Part shown: positions 33,401-45,500 of the stretch, piece by piece
Layout: the number at the start of each line of letters is the position of its first letter
Position numbering within the stretch: position 1 is the first letter of the stretch
Virus record (IMG/VR): IMGVR_UViG_3300044611_002466
Location: 124,231-188,230 of that record
DNA: 64,000 nucleotides
Direction: 5' to 3' (one strand)
Origin: a virus
Position numbers and translations under genes: made by a program
Notes under the pieces: generated by a model
The model's input: the letters and a program-made list of their open reading frames with translations, nothing else
What the model was told of the DNA's origin: nothing
The model's database searches: none

Positions 33401-36400
33401 TGGCGAACGTCAACTCCCAGGCAGAGGCCATCCGGGACTTCCTCGTAGGACGCCTCGAGGTCTTCGATGCGAGTCTGGACACCTCCGAGGGCTCGGCGCT
33501 CTGGTCGCAAGTGGTCGCCCCCCTGTTCGAGCTCCTGGGCACGGACCCGTTCGACACCGACATCCGCACCTTCTTGAAGGACCGGGTCACGCAGGCGTTC
33601 CCCCTCGTCTCGGCACAGGACGGGGACGCGCTTGTCGACCTGCTCATCACGCCGCTCGAGGTGCTGCTCGAGCCGCTCAAGCGGGAGATTCAGATCATCC
33701 GCAAGGGCCAGTCGGTCCGGTCTTCGGAGCTGCGCCTGGAGGATGCACGCGACTTGGCGGGCAACTTCTTCGTCGACTGGCGTAGCGGAACGCGAGCCAG
33801 CGGGTCCGTGCGCATCTACTACGCGGCGCCGACGCATCTGACCATCCTGCCTACCGCCGAGTTCTCGACCGCGGGCGGGCTGCTGTTCTACCCCACACGC
33901 GCCCTGACGATGCGCCCGGAGTCGATGCTCCTCAACAAGTCGGGGGTGGAGTACTACGCCGACGTTCCGCTCACCGCGGGAACCCCGGCGCTCTCGCACA
34001 ACATCGCGAAGGGCGCGATCACCAGCGTCCGGGGGGTGACCGGGTTCACCCGCCTCACCAACCTGCGCGCCTTCGAGGGAGGTGCGGATCCGGAGACCGC
34101 CGCCGAGCTGCTGGCGCGGTCCGAGACCAGCCTGACCGAGCGCACCCTCAACGTGCGTCGAGGCATCGTGGCCCGTCTCGCGAAGGACTTCGCTTCGATC
34201 GTGGATACCGAGGTCGTCGGGTACGGCGACCCGGAGATGTCGCGGGACATCATCACGGGCAGCGGCGAGGGTTCCGTCGTGGCGAGCGGCGTCTGCTTCA
34301 TCGTCGGCCAGTTCGTGCTGATGTTCAGCACGTTCGAGAACCGAGGCAGGGAGGGGTCCTCGCAGATCTCGGAAGGGGACGAGATCGAGCTCAACTTCTG
34401 GAGTTTCCTGTACCAGACGGAGCTCGGGAGCGCGAACGAGAAGTTCAGGATCAACAACATCCTTTTCGACTCCCGCAACAGCATCTCGGAGCTGCCGTCG
34501 GTTCTGCTGTTCCGGATGGACGGGGTGCCTTCAGTGGTGGCCCCCATCGCGGGCACCCTCCCGGGAGTGCTGCCCGGAGTCTTCGCAGTGGTGCGGTCCA
34601 CCGGCAAGCTCGAGATCTCCGGCATCCCCGGCGGTATCCTCGACCCGGATACCCTGCGCGGGACCATCGAGATCAACGACAATGAGGTGCACATCGGAGG
34701 TCACTACGACGTGTGGCTTCGCGCTGCGACCGCCACCACCGACACGGCAACGCATGAGGCCGTGCGTTCCGAGACCGCCATCCTCGAGGGCAATGATCTG
34801 GTGTTTTCGGGAGGTAGCACCTCGTATCGACACATCGCGCACAGGCCGTACACCGTCGACAGCACGGCGTCGTTCCAGCTTGGACAGACCTTGTTCTGCG
34901 CGAGCAGCAAGGCGTCTGCGGTGATCGCCGAGGTCAGCCGGGTCGGCTCCGTCAACACGTACTACCTCTGGGAGATGAACGGGCTGGAGTTCGCCACCGG
35001 CGACTCCGTCACGGACGGGACCACCGCAGGGACGCTGCTGAGCGCGTCTTCAGTCCAGTGGGCGGACTACGGGGTCAAGCGCGGCATGGTGCTTGCCCTG
35101 CCAGGAGGCAACGAGGAGGGCTCCTACCGCATCCTCAAGGTGGACGGGCCCTTCCTCTACTTGGACATCAACCTCACGACCACCGGGCGTGGGCAGCTCT
35201 TCCGAGTGCTCTCGGAGGTGTCGGTCAACATCTTCGCTCCGAGGACCATCCTCATCCCGTTTGGAGCCGCCGACGGAGGGGACCTCCGGACTGTCATCGG
35301 CTCCAAGACCGCGCGCACCGCCATCAACCTGCAGGATTACGGGGTTCTCATCGGAGACACTCTCGAGATCCTCACGGGCGATGATGTGGGGTCCTACACC
35401 ATCTCGGCGTGGGACACGACGTACGGCGGGCAGGGGGCTGTGCTCAGCTCCACCATGACGGCGACGAACTCATCGGTGCACTACCAGGTGTACCGGATGC
35501 AACAGCCGGTACAACGACCGCTGCTGCGGGTAATGCCTGATGGAGTCGTGCTTCTGGATCGGGACGGACAGGACAGCGGCTACAAGATCCCGAATGCGAC
35601 CCCCGTAGACGTGCGCCCCGTGCATGCGTTCTCGGGAGCGAAGCCCATCTCCGAGGGCCTCAACGGCTTCGTGTTGATGGATCCCGGCAGCGGGTGGGCC
35701 CCCAGCGCGGACTACACCGTCGACATCGACACGTACGACTGGGCTGGCTGGACGGGCGGGGACTTCGAGTCGTTCTACGCGGGCGGCAGGTTCCGCCGCG
35801 CCGTCACAGACGGGGCGCTCAGCAGCACGGGCGGCTACGTCGCGGTCATCTCCGTACACGGCAGCTCCGGGCAGATGTACCTGGACTCCAACCTGCCGGA
35901 GGCAGCCAAGAACTTCCTCGGCGACATGCGAGAGTGGTTCCTGCGAGTCATCGCCGCCTTCGGTTTCGGCGGGGACGCAGAGGAGCTGGTGACGGCCCTC
36001 AGCCCGCTCAAGTTCGGACCGAACACGGACACCGCCCTCCCCCTCCTCATGCAGTTCGAGATCGTCCTCCCGTTCGAGATCTTCGACGGGTGCAACAACG
36101 TGTACGTCGCCCTCCCGGAGTTCGACTGGGAGAACGAGTTCGCGGTCTCGGACACCTTCGGAGAAGCCCTCGGACGCCTCAGCGACGGAGCGCTGGTCGG
36201 ACGCGACCCCGCGTTGCTGCAGGCGTCCCCTGGGGACGTGCTCACGGTGACCAGCGGGCTGAACGCGGGGGCGTACGTCATCGAGAGCGTGCAGACCTAC
36301 GCGCTGGTCAACGCGCGAGCGGTGGTCGATGGCGGCGGGGCGATCGATCTCAGCAGCGCCTACAAGGTCGGCTTGGTGGTGATCCGGGACGAGTTCCCGG

Positions 36401-39400
36401 TGCCCGCGTTCCAGGGACTCAACGAGTTCTTCAGCGACGGCGCGACCCCCTGGAGCGTGCCCGCGGTCGCGGATCTGCCCTTCTCTGTGGCGGACGCAGA
36501 CGGCAACCCCGTGGACGGGTGGGTCTGGGTGGAGAAGGCCGCCGAGTGGCTCTTCCAGACGCTGAACGCCCTGGGCTTCGACTTGCCTTCGGGCGTGAGC
36601 CTGGATGTCCCGGGGACGCTGAAGGCGCTGTGGCAGATGCTCTTCAGCTCCTACTCCGTGAACCGCCCCACGGCGCCCCAGTACCTGCGCATGTACTTCC
36701 AGGAGCCCACCAGCTGCACGACGTACGCCCCGCAGGCCTGCGCCAGGTACCAGTGGGCCGCTCCGCTGCCCGTACCGGCCACGGCGCTCACGGGTGTCGA
36801 CCTCACGCTCCCGCTTCCCGACCTCGAGGACCTTGTGGTCTCCTTGGAATGCGAGCGACTCACCGGGGCCGTTCCGCTCACCGGGACCCTCACGGCCGAC
36901 TTCAACACGGCGGCCACGCTGGAGGAGCTCGCCGGACTCCTCCAGGCACTCCTCGACCCTACCGAGCTGTACGTGGTCTTCTCGGGCCCGGCGACGGCGA
37001 CGGGCGCGCTCTCCGTCACCCAGGCGATCGGCGGGATCGACGAGTACCTGTACCTCTCCGCGATCAGCCTGACAGCGGGGTTCCGCGTTCTGGGCTTCTA
37101 CGGACCCACCCCGGCCAAGTTCCCCGAGTTCGACACGACGACTGCGTGTACAACCCCGTACGAGCGGATCACTTGCGACGTAGGCACTCTTCTCGCGTTC
37201 GACATCGCAGTCGAGACCACCCTCACGCACATCGTGCCCTCCGCCGTGTTCGGCACCGCGTTCCAGATCGGAGAGACAGTCACGGGCGGGACGTCCTCGG
37301 CGACAGGGACGGTCTGGGCCTTCTTCGACGACACGTCGAACGCGAACATCGGGCATCTGTGGGTCGCCGCGGTCTCCGGTACCTTCGCGGCAGGGGAAGT
37401 CGTCACGGGTGCGCTCTCCGGTGCCACATGCACGATCGGTACGGCGACGGCGGATGCCTCCTGGCTCCGCCAGAACGTACGGGACCAAGTGGACGACGTG
37501 ACACGCACCTTCGAGGAGTGGGCGGAGCTCTTCACCACGGCGCTCCTGGACGCAGTGCTGGAGAACCTCGGCGGACCCACCTACCAGGCTGACTTCGACA
37601 TCGCGCGGTACTCGGCGTCGCTCGCCGTCTCGATGGAGTTCGTGGATCAGTCCGGCACCGGTGCCGGGCCTGGGCGCTACGAGATCACCATCTACGACGC
37701 GACGTACACGCTTGTGGTGCGCTCGATCAGCGTGAGCTCCCCGTCGAACACCTCGTTGACCGACTTCGCGATCATCTACATCAACCCCACGCTGCCGGCT
37801 CTGAGCACTGGAGGGGTGCTTCTTGGTGTGGACTACAGCCCGGCCACGTACATCCCCACGTTCACGACAAACGACGGGACCGTCGAGGTGGTCATCGCCC
37901 CGGAGCTCACCTACTGGGAGGCCCTGGAGTTCAAGACAGCCGTGTGCGACCTCATCGACGACGAGGACTTCGAGGCGGCCGCCCAGGCGCTCAACGCGCG
38001 CGCCGACTGGACGAGGGCTGACGACGTCCGCCATCTCTTCTGGTCCTCCACTGGCTCGGCGCTGCGCCTACGCGGCATCGTCGGTGGCGAGGCCTCCGAA
38101 CTCTCCGCGGACGAGTACGCGACGATCCTCGGGTTCCCGGTCTCGGGGGCGCCCCTCGCCATCTCCGCTTTCGGAACCACGCCGACCTCCTGGGTGGCGC
38201 AGGGCAACACGGAGGCAGGCCCGTTGGTGGCGGCCTTCGAGCACCCGACGCCTCCGTCTCTCTTCGTCGGCACGGCCGGCGCCGTCGAGTTGCTCTTCAC
38301 GCCCTCGAGCGAGGCCGACGCTTACCAGGTCTTCCCCGCCCAGCCGATCGGGGCTACGGGCACTGCCGCGACGGGCCTCCCGCGGGACATCGTGATCGGC
38401 ACCCCCTACGAAGGGCAGCTGGCGGCGGAGTGCGTGTTCACGGACGACTCGTACTCGTCACTCCTGGAGCTCGACGTGCGCGAGGAATCGGACCGCCTGC
38501 TCGTGCATGAGCAGCGTCGGTTCCTCGAGCACACCGACTACACGGCGCTGGACACGGACATCTCCGGGGACCGTGTCGTAGCGGTTGTCACGGCGTTCGG
38601 GTCGAACTCGGTGCGCCTGCTGGACCTCGGGGAGAGTAGCGAGTTCACCTTCCTCGCCCCCAACAGCGGCCTGGAGTTCGACCAAGTGCAGGTGGGGGAC
38701 GTCCTCTTCATCGAGGAAGGCGACGACGAGGGGGGCTTCACGGTCCTCGAGCGCTCGGCGACAGCCCTCACGCTCGACAGGAGCCTCACGTCGAGCACCG
38801 AGCGTGTCTACCGCTTCGGCGGGGACGGCGTTCTGGTGGTGGACACGGAAGACGCGCTGTTCTCCTCTGCCGACGCCCGCTTCACGAGCGACGACATCGG
38901 CCGCTACCTGACCATCTGGGCATCGAACCGCGGGGGCACCGACGGGAGCTACCGAATCACGGCTGTGGACTCCGGCGGCTCCTCGTGCACTCTCGAGACC
39001 GACGTCTTCGCCGAAGAAGAGAGCGGGGTGCACTGGGCGATCGTAAAGGCCCCGGCAGACACGCTCGGGGCCTCCAAGATCGAGGGACGCACCGCGCTCG
39101 TCGGAGTCCGACCCATTCGCGTCTACGCCGGCACGCCCGCCGAGCTCCGCGTTGTGCGCGTGTCGCCCACTCTTGTACGCGCGGCGTCTGTGGTCCTCAC
39201 CTCGCTCACCTCGTCGGGCTCGGTTCCCCGCAGCGGGGTGCGCCAGCCCTACCGATTCACCCGTCCGGGGGCACAGCACATCTCGTCGACGGCCATGGGC
39301 GGTCAGCGAGAGCGGGGGCTCTACTACTTCGACGTCCTCGCCAGTTCCCTGGGCGGGAGCGAGTACTACAACATCCCCGAGCGCACGAAGGTGGAGCCGG

Positions 39401-40053
39401 TCTTCGGCACGTACGACAGTCACGGCTACAGGATCGACGTGGATGACAACCGCTTCACCTTCTCCACGAAGGAGGAAGCGGTGCTCGTGATGTCGGCGGT
39501 GTTCTTGCCCGCGGGGCTGGATGATGTGCCCGGCAACTTGATCGCGGTCAGCGACCAAAGCGTGCGCTTCGACTACGAGTACGTGCCGGTCGTCGCGGAG
39601 GTGCAGGGCCTGCTGACGTCCGAGGTTGATCGCGTTCTCTGCGCAAACGCGCTCGCACGGCACTTCCTGCCCGCGTACGTGTCCCTTGACGTCAGCTACA
39701 CGGGGGGCAACAACGCCACCACCGTGACCGCCGCGCTCCAGGGCGCGATCAACGGGATGAGCGCGATCGAGGAGCTCGACCTCTCAAAGCTCGAGCGAGT
39801 CCTGCACCGGAACGGGGTCAACCAGTACGACCACCCCATCACGCTCACCACCCTCACCCACGACCTGGATCGAAGGATCGTGGGTACGCAGGCAGAGGGT
39901 GTGATCAACGACAGCAACATCGCGTACAACGGTACCAACCGCACGACGTTCTTCATCGCTGGCGCCGACGCATCCTCCGGCGAGGAGGCGACCCTCCCCC
40001 CTGGCGCGCGGATTCGGTTGACGCGGGGCTCCACGCGCTCCACCTTCAGGTGA
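33400..40053 (+). CDS. very large baseplate J-like wedge protein, 2217 aa
   Basis: N-terminal LLITP...A.G.V.IY...F.T..G..F...TNL.AF.GG...ET and a C-terminal gpJ-like segment, with a long beta-rich insertion. Confidence 0.75.
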   Translation: MANVNSQAEAIRDFLVGRLEVFDASLDTSEGSALWSQVVAPLFELLGTDPFDTDIRTFLKDRVTQAFPLVSAQDGDALVDLLITPLEVLLEPLKREIQIIRKGQSVRSSELRLEDARDLAGNFFVDWRSGTRASGSVRIYYAAPTHLTILPTAEFSTAGGLLFYPTRALTMRPESMLLNKSGVEYYADVPLTAGTPALSHNIAKGAITSVRGVTGFTRLTNLRAFEGGADPETAAELLARSETSLTERTLNVRRGIVARLAKDFASIVDTEVVGYGDPEMSRDIITGSGEGSVVASGVCFIVGQFVLMFSTFENRGREGSSQISEGDEIELNFWSFLYQTELGSANEKFRINNILFDSRNSISELPSVLLFRMDGVPSVVAPIAGTLPGVLPGVFAVVRSTGKLEISGIPGGILDPDTLRGTIEINDNEVHIGGHYDVWLRAATATTDTATHEAVRSETAILEGNDLVFSGGSTSYRHIAHRPYTVDSTASFQLGQTLFCASSKASAVIAEVSRVGSVNTYYLWEMNGLEFATGDSVTDGTTAGTLLSASSVQWADYGVKRGMVLALPGGNEEGSYRILKVDGPFLYLDINLTTTGRGQLFRVLSEVSVNIFAPRTILIPFGAADGGDLRTVIGSKTARTAINLQDYGVLIGDTLEILTGDDVGSYTISAWDTTYGGQGAVLSSTMTATNSSVHYQVYRMQQPVQRPLLRVMPDGVVLLDRDGQDSGYKIPNATPVDVRPVHAFSGAKPISEGLNGFVLMDPGSGWAPSADYTVDIDTYDWAGWTGGDFESFYAGGRFRRAVTDGALSSTGGYVAVISVHGSSGQMYLDSNLPEAAKNFLGDMREWFLRVIAAFGFGGDAEELVTALSPLKFGPNTDTALPLLMQFEIVLPFEIFDGCNNVYVALPEFDWENEFAVSDTFGEALGRLSDGALVGRDPALLQASPGDVLTVTSGLNAGAYVIESVQTYALVNARAVVDGGGAIDLSSAYKVGLVVIRDEFPVPAFQGLNEFFSDGATPWSVPAVADLPFSVADADGNPVDGWVWVEKAAEWLFQTLNALGFDLPSGVSLDVPGTLKALWQMLFSSYSVNRPTAPQYLRMYFQEPTSCTTYAPQACARYQWAAPLPVPATALTGVDLTLPLPDLEDLVVSLECERLTGAVPLTGTLTADFNTAATLEELAGLLQALLDPTELYVVFSGPATATGALSVTQAIGGIDEYLYLSAISLTAGFRVLGFYGPTPAKFPEFDTTTACTTPYERITCDVGTLLAFDIAVETTLTHIVPSAVFGTAFQIGETVTGGTSSATGTVWAFFDDTSNANIGHLWVAAVSGTFAAGEVVTGALSGATCTIGTATADASWLRQNVRDQVDDVTRTFEEWAELFTTALLDAVLENLGGPTYQADFDIARYSASLAVSMEFVDQSGTGAGPGRYEITIYDATYTLVVRSISVSSPSNTSLTDFAIIYINPTLPALSTGGVLLGVDYSPATYIPTFTTNDGTVEVVIAPELTYWEALEFKTAVCDLIDDEDFEAAAQALNARADWTRADDVRHLFWSSTGSALRLRGIVGGEASELSADEYATILGFPVSGAPLAISAFGTTPTSWVAQGNTEAGPLVAAFEHPTPPSLFVGTAGAVELLFTPSSEADAYQVFPAQPIGATGTAATGLPRDIVIGTPYEGQLAAECVFTDDSYSSLLELDVREESDRLLVHEQRRFLEHTDYTALDTDISGDRVVAVVTAFGSNSVRLLDLGESSEFTFLAPNSGLEFDQVQVGDVLFIEEGDDEGGFTVLERSATALTLDRSLTSSTERVYRFGGDGVLVVDTEDALFSSADARFTSDDIGRYLTIWASNRGGTDGSYRITAVDSGGSSCTLETDVFAEEESGVHWAIVKAPADTLGASKIEGRTALVGVRPIRVYAGTPAELRVVRVSPTLVRAASVVLTSLTSSGSVPRSGVRQPYRFTRPGAQHISSTAMGGQRERGLYYFDVLASSLGGSEYYNIPERTKVEPVFGTYDSHGYRIDVDDNRFTFSTKEEAVLVMSAVFLPAGLDDVPGNLIAVSDQSVRFDYEYVPVVAEVQGLLTSEVDRVLCANALARHFLPAYVSLDVSYTGGNNATTVTAALQGAINGMSAIEELDLSKLERVLHRNGVNQYDHPITLTTLTHDLDRRIVGTQAEGVINDSNIAYNGTNRTTFFIAGADASSGEEATLPPGARIRLTRGSTRSTFR

Positions 40054-40288
40054 TGAGTCCATGCACGCGGCAGTGTCCGACGTAGCACACCCCCTCCCCG
40101 TCGAAGACGGCGGAGGGGTCAGAGGGTGTGCGGGGCTCCAGGGCCATGCCGCACTCGTCCCGCGGGCACCTACGCCGCGTGATCGCCGCGCGGCGGGCGT
40201 GGTCCACCCGTTGACGGACTTCGTTGGTAGGAGCGTGGCCCTTCAGAAGGTCGCGCAGCTCGTCTTGCCGGAGTACCTGTACGTCCAT
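40046..40288 (-). CDS. small counter-oriented Zn-binding protein
   Basis: CPRDEC...HCRVH; high GC3; fills the 233-nt plus-strand gap. Confidence 0.55.
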   Translation of the reverse strand: MDVQVLRQDELRDLLKGHAPTNEVRQRVDHARRAAITRRRCPRDECGMALEPRTPSDPSAVFDGEGVCYVGHCRVHGLIT

Positions 40289-42557
40289 GACTACCCCCAT
40301 CATCTCGAACCGACGACCTGATGAAGGCGACGTCGATGTCTCCATTGATACCCCGTTTCGTTTCGGGGTTCGAGACCTGGAGACGCGTGCCGACCTGACC
40401 ACCGTGTACTGCTCGGTCACCTACGCGAGGGCGGTCTACCTTCCTGCGGAGCTCCCAGCCCTTGACGAGGCGCTACTCGCTGCGGGGGCGTCTCTGTACT
40501 TCGGCGTGTTCGACGACGCAGCTGGAGCCGTGAACCCGGGGGATCCCTGCGACCAGTCGATTGAGGAGGTGGGGTCGGACTCGGTTTACCGCATCGAGAA
40601 GTCGAGCGCGGACTTCTCCGCCCAGGAGGGGATGCTCTACATCACCCTGCCCGCCCAGAACCTGCCAGGGCCGTACACGCTCAAGGTTCACCTGGATCTG
40701 GCCGCTGTGACGCCGGCGACAGCCACGTACACCACGCACACCGACTTCGTAGGGGTCGTTGTCGGACTGGTCTACTGGCCAGAGAACACAGGAATCTTCC
40801 TGCTCTTCCGCGATGACGGCACGAAGCGCATCTCGGTTGTGGGACCTGCCACCGATGGCGTGGGCGCGCGGATCGTGGAGACCGAGGCGGTCTACGACTG
40901 GGCAGTGCCAGCCGTCTACTCGATCTACCTGGACCCCACGGTGTTTCGGCGAAGAGCTCTCGTGTGCGCCACCGATGCTGACGGGGTGGAGACGGTTCTC
41001 GCGGAGATCGACCTTGACGAGCTCAACGAGTTCCTGCCCTCCGTCCGCATGGGCAACCTCTACGCCGAGAACTCCCCGGAGGGAGTCACAGCAGTGATGG
41101 GACTCGACAGTGTCAACCAGGGGGACTACCTCGACATCTACGGCGCCTCCTTCGCCAACTACGGGAAGGTCCTCCTCGTCGGCGGGAACCAAACCGCCTC
41201 CAGCCTGGTGGAGACGCTGCCCACCGAGTTGATTGAGGTCATCGGGGCGGAAGGGGCGAGCGAATGGGCGTCGTCCGGGAGCTTCGAGGAAGAGAGCACT
41301 GCGACTGCATTGCACATCGCCGCCAGCACCGGGCCCGCGGCGAAGACACGCGAGGAGGTCGACATCACGGCGACCTCCTGGCTGCTCGTAGGCACCTTCA
41401 CGGCCCGCAACGCGGTGCACGCCGGTTCGTACAGCACCGGGATGGGCTTCCTCGTGGAGGACGGGACGCGTCAGGTCAAGCTGACCCTCCTGGACAACTT
41501 CACGAGAACCACCGTGGGAATCGAGGACGGCACCCTCGACGAGGACGACTCCTTCACCGGCTACGCTCTCCCGGTGGACGACGTCGACTGGGGCAAGGAC
41601 GTCTTCTTCACCCTTCTTGGCTCCCTCACTGGAGGGAGGGACGCGATCCGGCTCTTCATCGGGACGGAGGACGTCGTCCCCGCGGCATCGGTGGTGTACC
41701 AGGCCACCGACTACGTCGCCACGACCGAGTCGCGGGTCTCGTTCGGGTTCATCGACACCGGCTCCTTCTCCGGAGACTTCTACCTCGTCGGCCTGTGGAT
41801 GATCCCGTACGGGTTCTTCTACGAGGGCTCCGAGGCCGCATACCCCGACGCCCAGGGCTGGACGCGGACGGCGTCTACGGGGTCTCGCACGCTCGGGACG
41901 TCCTCGATGGAGGTGGACTGCACCGCCGCGGGAGCCTACGACATCTACTCCGTCGAGGACCTCACCTACGACGTGACCTCGGGGGCCTCCGCCTTCATCA
42001 AGATCAAGGTGCTCGGGTGGACCGATGCAGTCGGCGCTGCGGACCCGCTGCGCTCGGAGTTCGGACCCGTCCTGGTGCTCCGCACGGGGGTCACGGGTGC
42101 AGGGCTCCGCTTCGTCGTGAACGACGACGGGACGGCCTATGTATTCTTGTCGAATGAGGAGTCGGACTACGCCAACGTGCTCGCGCAGAATGCCGCGGGG
42201 GTGGCCATCTCCGCCGAGATCGATCTCAGCGTGGAGCATGTCTTCCTGCTCGACGTGAAGCCCCTCCAGTACGTCAGGCTCTACATCGACTACGCCACCA
42301 CCCCCGCGATTGAGGAGGGGTGGCCGGCCTCAACGCTCCTGCGGTCTCTGCCCTCGAACATGCCAGAGGACGCCGTCATCGCCTTCGGGTCGCTGGACGA
42401 GAGCGCGGGGGTGGCCTGCGAGATCTCCTTCCTGCGCGGCGGCATCGGAAGAGGCTATGACATCAAGGCGACCCTCTCCGTGTCCGAGGCGGAGATGCAG
42501 GCCTCGGTTTACGGCAGCACCGCGGACGTGTACATCGACGCCCAGGACGAGGACTGA
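40287..42557 (+). CDS. virion structural protein with Ig-like and lectin-like beta domains
   Basis: MTTPIISNRRPDEGDVDVSIDTPFRF (Ig-like start); acidic, beta-rich. Confidence 0.7.
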   Translation: MTTPIISNRRPDEGDVDVSIDTPFRFGVRDLETRADLTTVYCSVTYARAVYLPAELPALDEALLAAGASLYFGVFDDAAGAVNPGDPCDQSIEEVGSDSVYRIEKSSADFSAQEGMLYITLPAQNLPGPYTLKVHLDLAAVTPATATYTTHTDFVGVVVGLVYWPENTGIFLLFRDDGTKRISVVGPATDGVGARIVETEAVYDWAVPAVYSIYLDPTVFRRRALVCATDADGVETVLAEIDLDELNEFLPSVRMGNLYAENSPEGVTAVMGLDSVNQGDYLDIYGASFANYGKVLLVGGNQTASSLVETLPTELIEVIGAEGASEWASSGSFEEESTATALHIAASTGPAAKTREEVDITATSWLLVGTFTARNAVHAGSYSTGMGFLVEDGTRQVKLTLLDNFTRTTVGIEDGTLDEDDSFTGYALPVDDVDWGKDVFFTLLGSLTGGRDAIRLFIGTEDVVPAASVVYQATDYVATTESRVSFGFIDTGSFSGDFYLVGLWMIPYGFFYEGSEAAYPDAQGWTRTASTGSRTLGTSSMEVDCTAAGAYDIYSVEDLTYDVTSGASAFIKIKVLGWTDAVGAADPLRSEFGPVLVLRTGVTGAGLRFVVNDDGTAYVFLSNEESDYANVLAQNAAGVAISAEIDLSVEHVFLLDVKPLQYVRLYIDYATTPAIEEGWPASTLLRSLPSNMPEDAVIAFGSLDESAGVACEISFLRGGIGRGYDIKATLSVSEAEMQASVYGSTADVYIDAQDED

Positions 42558-45500
42558 ATGCCTCCAGCGCGCATATCCGCCCTACACGGCTTCACGGTTG
42601 AGCCGGCGCGCGCGAAGCCGGTGGCGGTGATCAGCCCGGGTGCCTCCAGCAAGGTCGTCGGCGCAGTCATCCGCCTGAATGGGCGCGCGTCCACGAGTGC
42701 GGATGGTGCCGAGCTCTCCTACGCGTGGGCCATCACTGCGACGCCGCTTGGGAGCACGGTCACGGAGACCAGCAACGTCGACGAAGACGGCTCCGTGGTG
42801 ACCTTCGTCCCGGACATCACGGGGGAGTACACGATTCGCCTGGTGGTCAGCACTCCCTACCGGAGCAGCGACCCTGTCTTTGCCACGGCGGAGGCGACAG
42901 CCGTACTGCTGCCGCTGACCCTGCGTACCACCCCGAACGGCAAGCTCCTCTTTCAGGTCGTCTCGTCCTTCTGGAAGATGGTCGAGCACAGCGCAGTGTT
43001 CTCGACCATCTGGTCGGGGTACATGCAGCTGACAGGCAACGAGCTGCTACGGGCGTTCCAGGTGGACTACGGCAAGTCCATCGACACTATCCAGGAGCTG
43101 TTCCAGCGTCGGTGGATCTCCTACGAGCCTGCACTGGAGCTCGACTCGAGTCAGTGCACCGTGGTCTACGGGCGCCACCAGGGAGGTACGCGCGCCTTCA
43201 CCGCCTCGGGGGTACTGGCGGGCGTCGGCGTCATCATCGACGAGCGTGAGGTGGTCCTGCTCGATGGGATTCCCACGGCCGCCGCCATCGGATCTGAGCT
43301 GGTCGTTTACACGAGCGGAGGAGTCCCCGGTAACTGCGGAGAGTACACGATCAACCGCCTCAACTCCGACCGCTCGGGGTACATCGTCTCTGCCTCAACC
43401 GTGTTCCCGCAGCCCTTGGACGACCGCATCGCAGAGCTGAGCTCCCTCGTGACGATCGCCGGATCCACGACGGTCTACGATGCGAACTTGGCACAGGACT
43501 TCGTGGCGCTGGGGGTCGCCGCTGGGGACGTCTTGCGGTTGGCGGCCGGGGCGGACTCCGGGTTCTACACGATCACCGCGGTGAACGTCGGCAACGTGCG
43601 GACTTTCACGGTCGACCGTGCCCCCACGAAGACGAGCGCCTCGCGCAGCGGGAGTATCTTCAACGCCGTCAGGATCTCAGCAGGCAAGGTGGCCTCGGCA
43701 GCCACTTCCACGGTGTTCTTGCCGGCCGACGAAGCGGACCTCACAGTGCTTGACGCCCGCACTCTCGCCGGTGCTGGCACCCTTGTCAGCGCCTACGAGC
43801 TCGTGGTGGAGCCGCGGCACATCCTCTCTGGCATGGTCGGCGAGCAGCTGTACCTGACTACGGGCGGGGCGGCGGGGCGCGCGTACACCATCACGGGCAT
43901 CAACACCGCGGAGAACGGCTACCGCGTGGGGTCGTCCTTCGGTGCTGCCAGCTACCCCGTGGACATCACGTACAGCCTCACGAGCAACGCCTCCATCGCA
44001 GACCGCGTTCTCATCCTGGAGGACGAGGCGTACGAGATCGTGTCCGCTTCGTACGACAGCGGGGTCGACCCGGAGGACGGAGGGCGTGGGGCTGCATGGG
44101 TGGTCGTGTTGGCCGAAGCCAGCGCCCCTGCCGGCAGGGAGGGGATGTCGTGGAGGATCGCGGCCACGCTCTCCACGAAGGAACACGCCGACCTGGAAGA
44201 GCTCGGGCTCACGGCCGGCGACCTGTTGATCCTCGAGGCAGTGCGTGAGGACACGCAGTTTGCCGGCGAGATCCCCTGCTACGTCTTCGGCGTGGCCGGC
44301 TCCAAGATCTCGTTCGACATCGGCAAGGCGCTACCGGCGCTCGGCGCCTACGGGAACCTCTCCGAGCAGGAGATTCTGGACCTCGTGAATGGGTTGCGGA
44401 TCCCGCGCGCCTACCGAGACGACTCGGATGAGCTGCAGGTCATCCTGGCCGCTGAAGAAGCGCTGGCCACCGTGCGCAGCGCCGCGTTCAGCACGACGTA
44501 CAGCAACATCCCACTCACGGATTCCACAGTCCTTGCTGTTGGTCCATACGAGCTCACCTGCCGGGTGAAGAAGCTCATCAGGAACTGCCGGATCCCTGTA
44601 GACAAGACGCTGCTGTCCGCACCCTCACTCTTCGAGTACATCGCGGAGTCGACCACCGGCGTGAACACCGCTGGCGAGGTCGTTCTCGTCACCGAAGAAG
44701 GGACCGTGACGACTCTCGCGCGCGCGCCCCTGGAGCTGGTCGAGAACCGCGACTACACCATCAGCGCCGAGGGAAGCACGTCTGGAACGAACTTGGCGAC
44801 CACGGCGGGCTCCAACATCTTGACGATCCCGGGAGGCGACCTCCTGGACCGGGACCTACGCGTAGGGGACTACGTCGACATCACGAGTGGTCTCGACCAG
44901 GGACGGTTCTACGTGAGCGCGGTGCTCGATGCGGAGCGTGTGCGCGCGAGTACGCAGGACGGAGCCGCCCCCGCCACCACGGCCTCGGCGCTGCGCTACA
45001 CGCTCGTGCGCCGCGTACAGGGCAACTTCCTTCGCTTCGTCGACGGCATGTTCACGCCAGAGTCGCCGGCTCCGGATCGGTTCTGGGCCCAGCTCAGCCT
45101 CTTCGACAACAACCCCACCATCGAGGACAACTTCGGAGCTCTCGTGGGGGTGACGAAGGAGCAGCTCGACATGTACGGCTCGTCGCAGGTCTCCTACCGC
45201 GGGGCCGTTCGAGCGCTGATGTACGCCTGGTCGAGTGGACCCACGGTGCGCAACGTGACGATCGGCACCCACGTCTTGATGGGCCTTCCGGTCACCGAGG
45301 TCCGCGGCACCATCATCAACATCGACGTCAACTACGACACCACACGCTCCCGAGGGCGCGTGTTGGTGGAGGACCTGACGGTAGAGGGCCAGCCCTCCGG
45401 CCTCGTGCGCTCCTACTTCTTTGCGGCGAGCGAGGAAGCAGGCCTACCGACCTTCCAGGGCTTGGCGACCAACCCCGCCACGGGAGTGCAGTTCGCCGTT

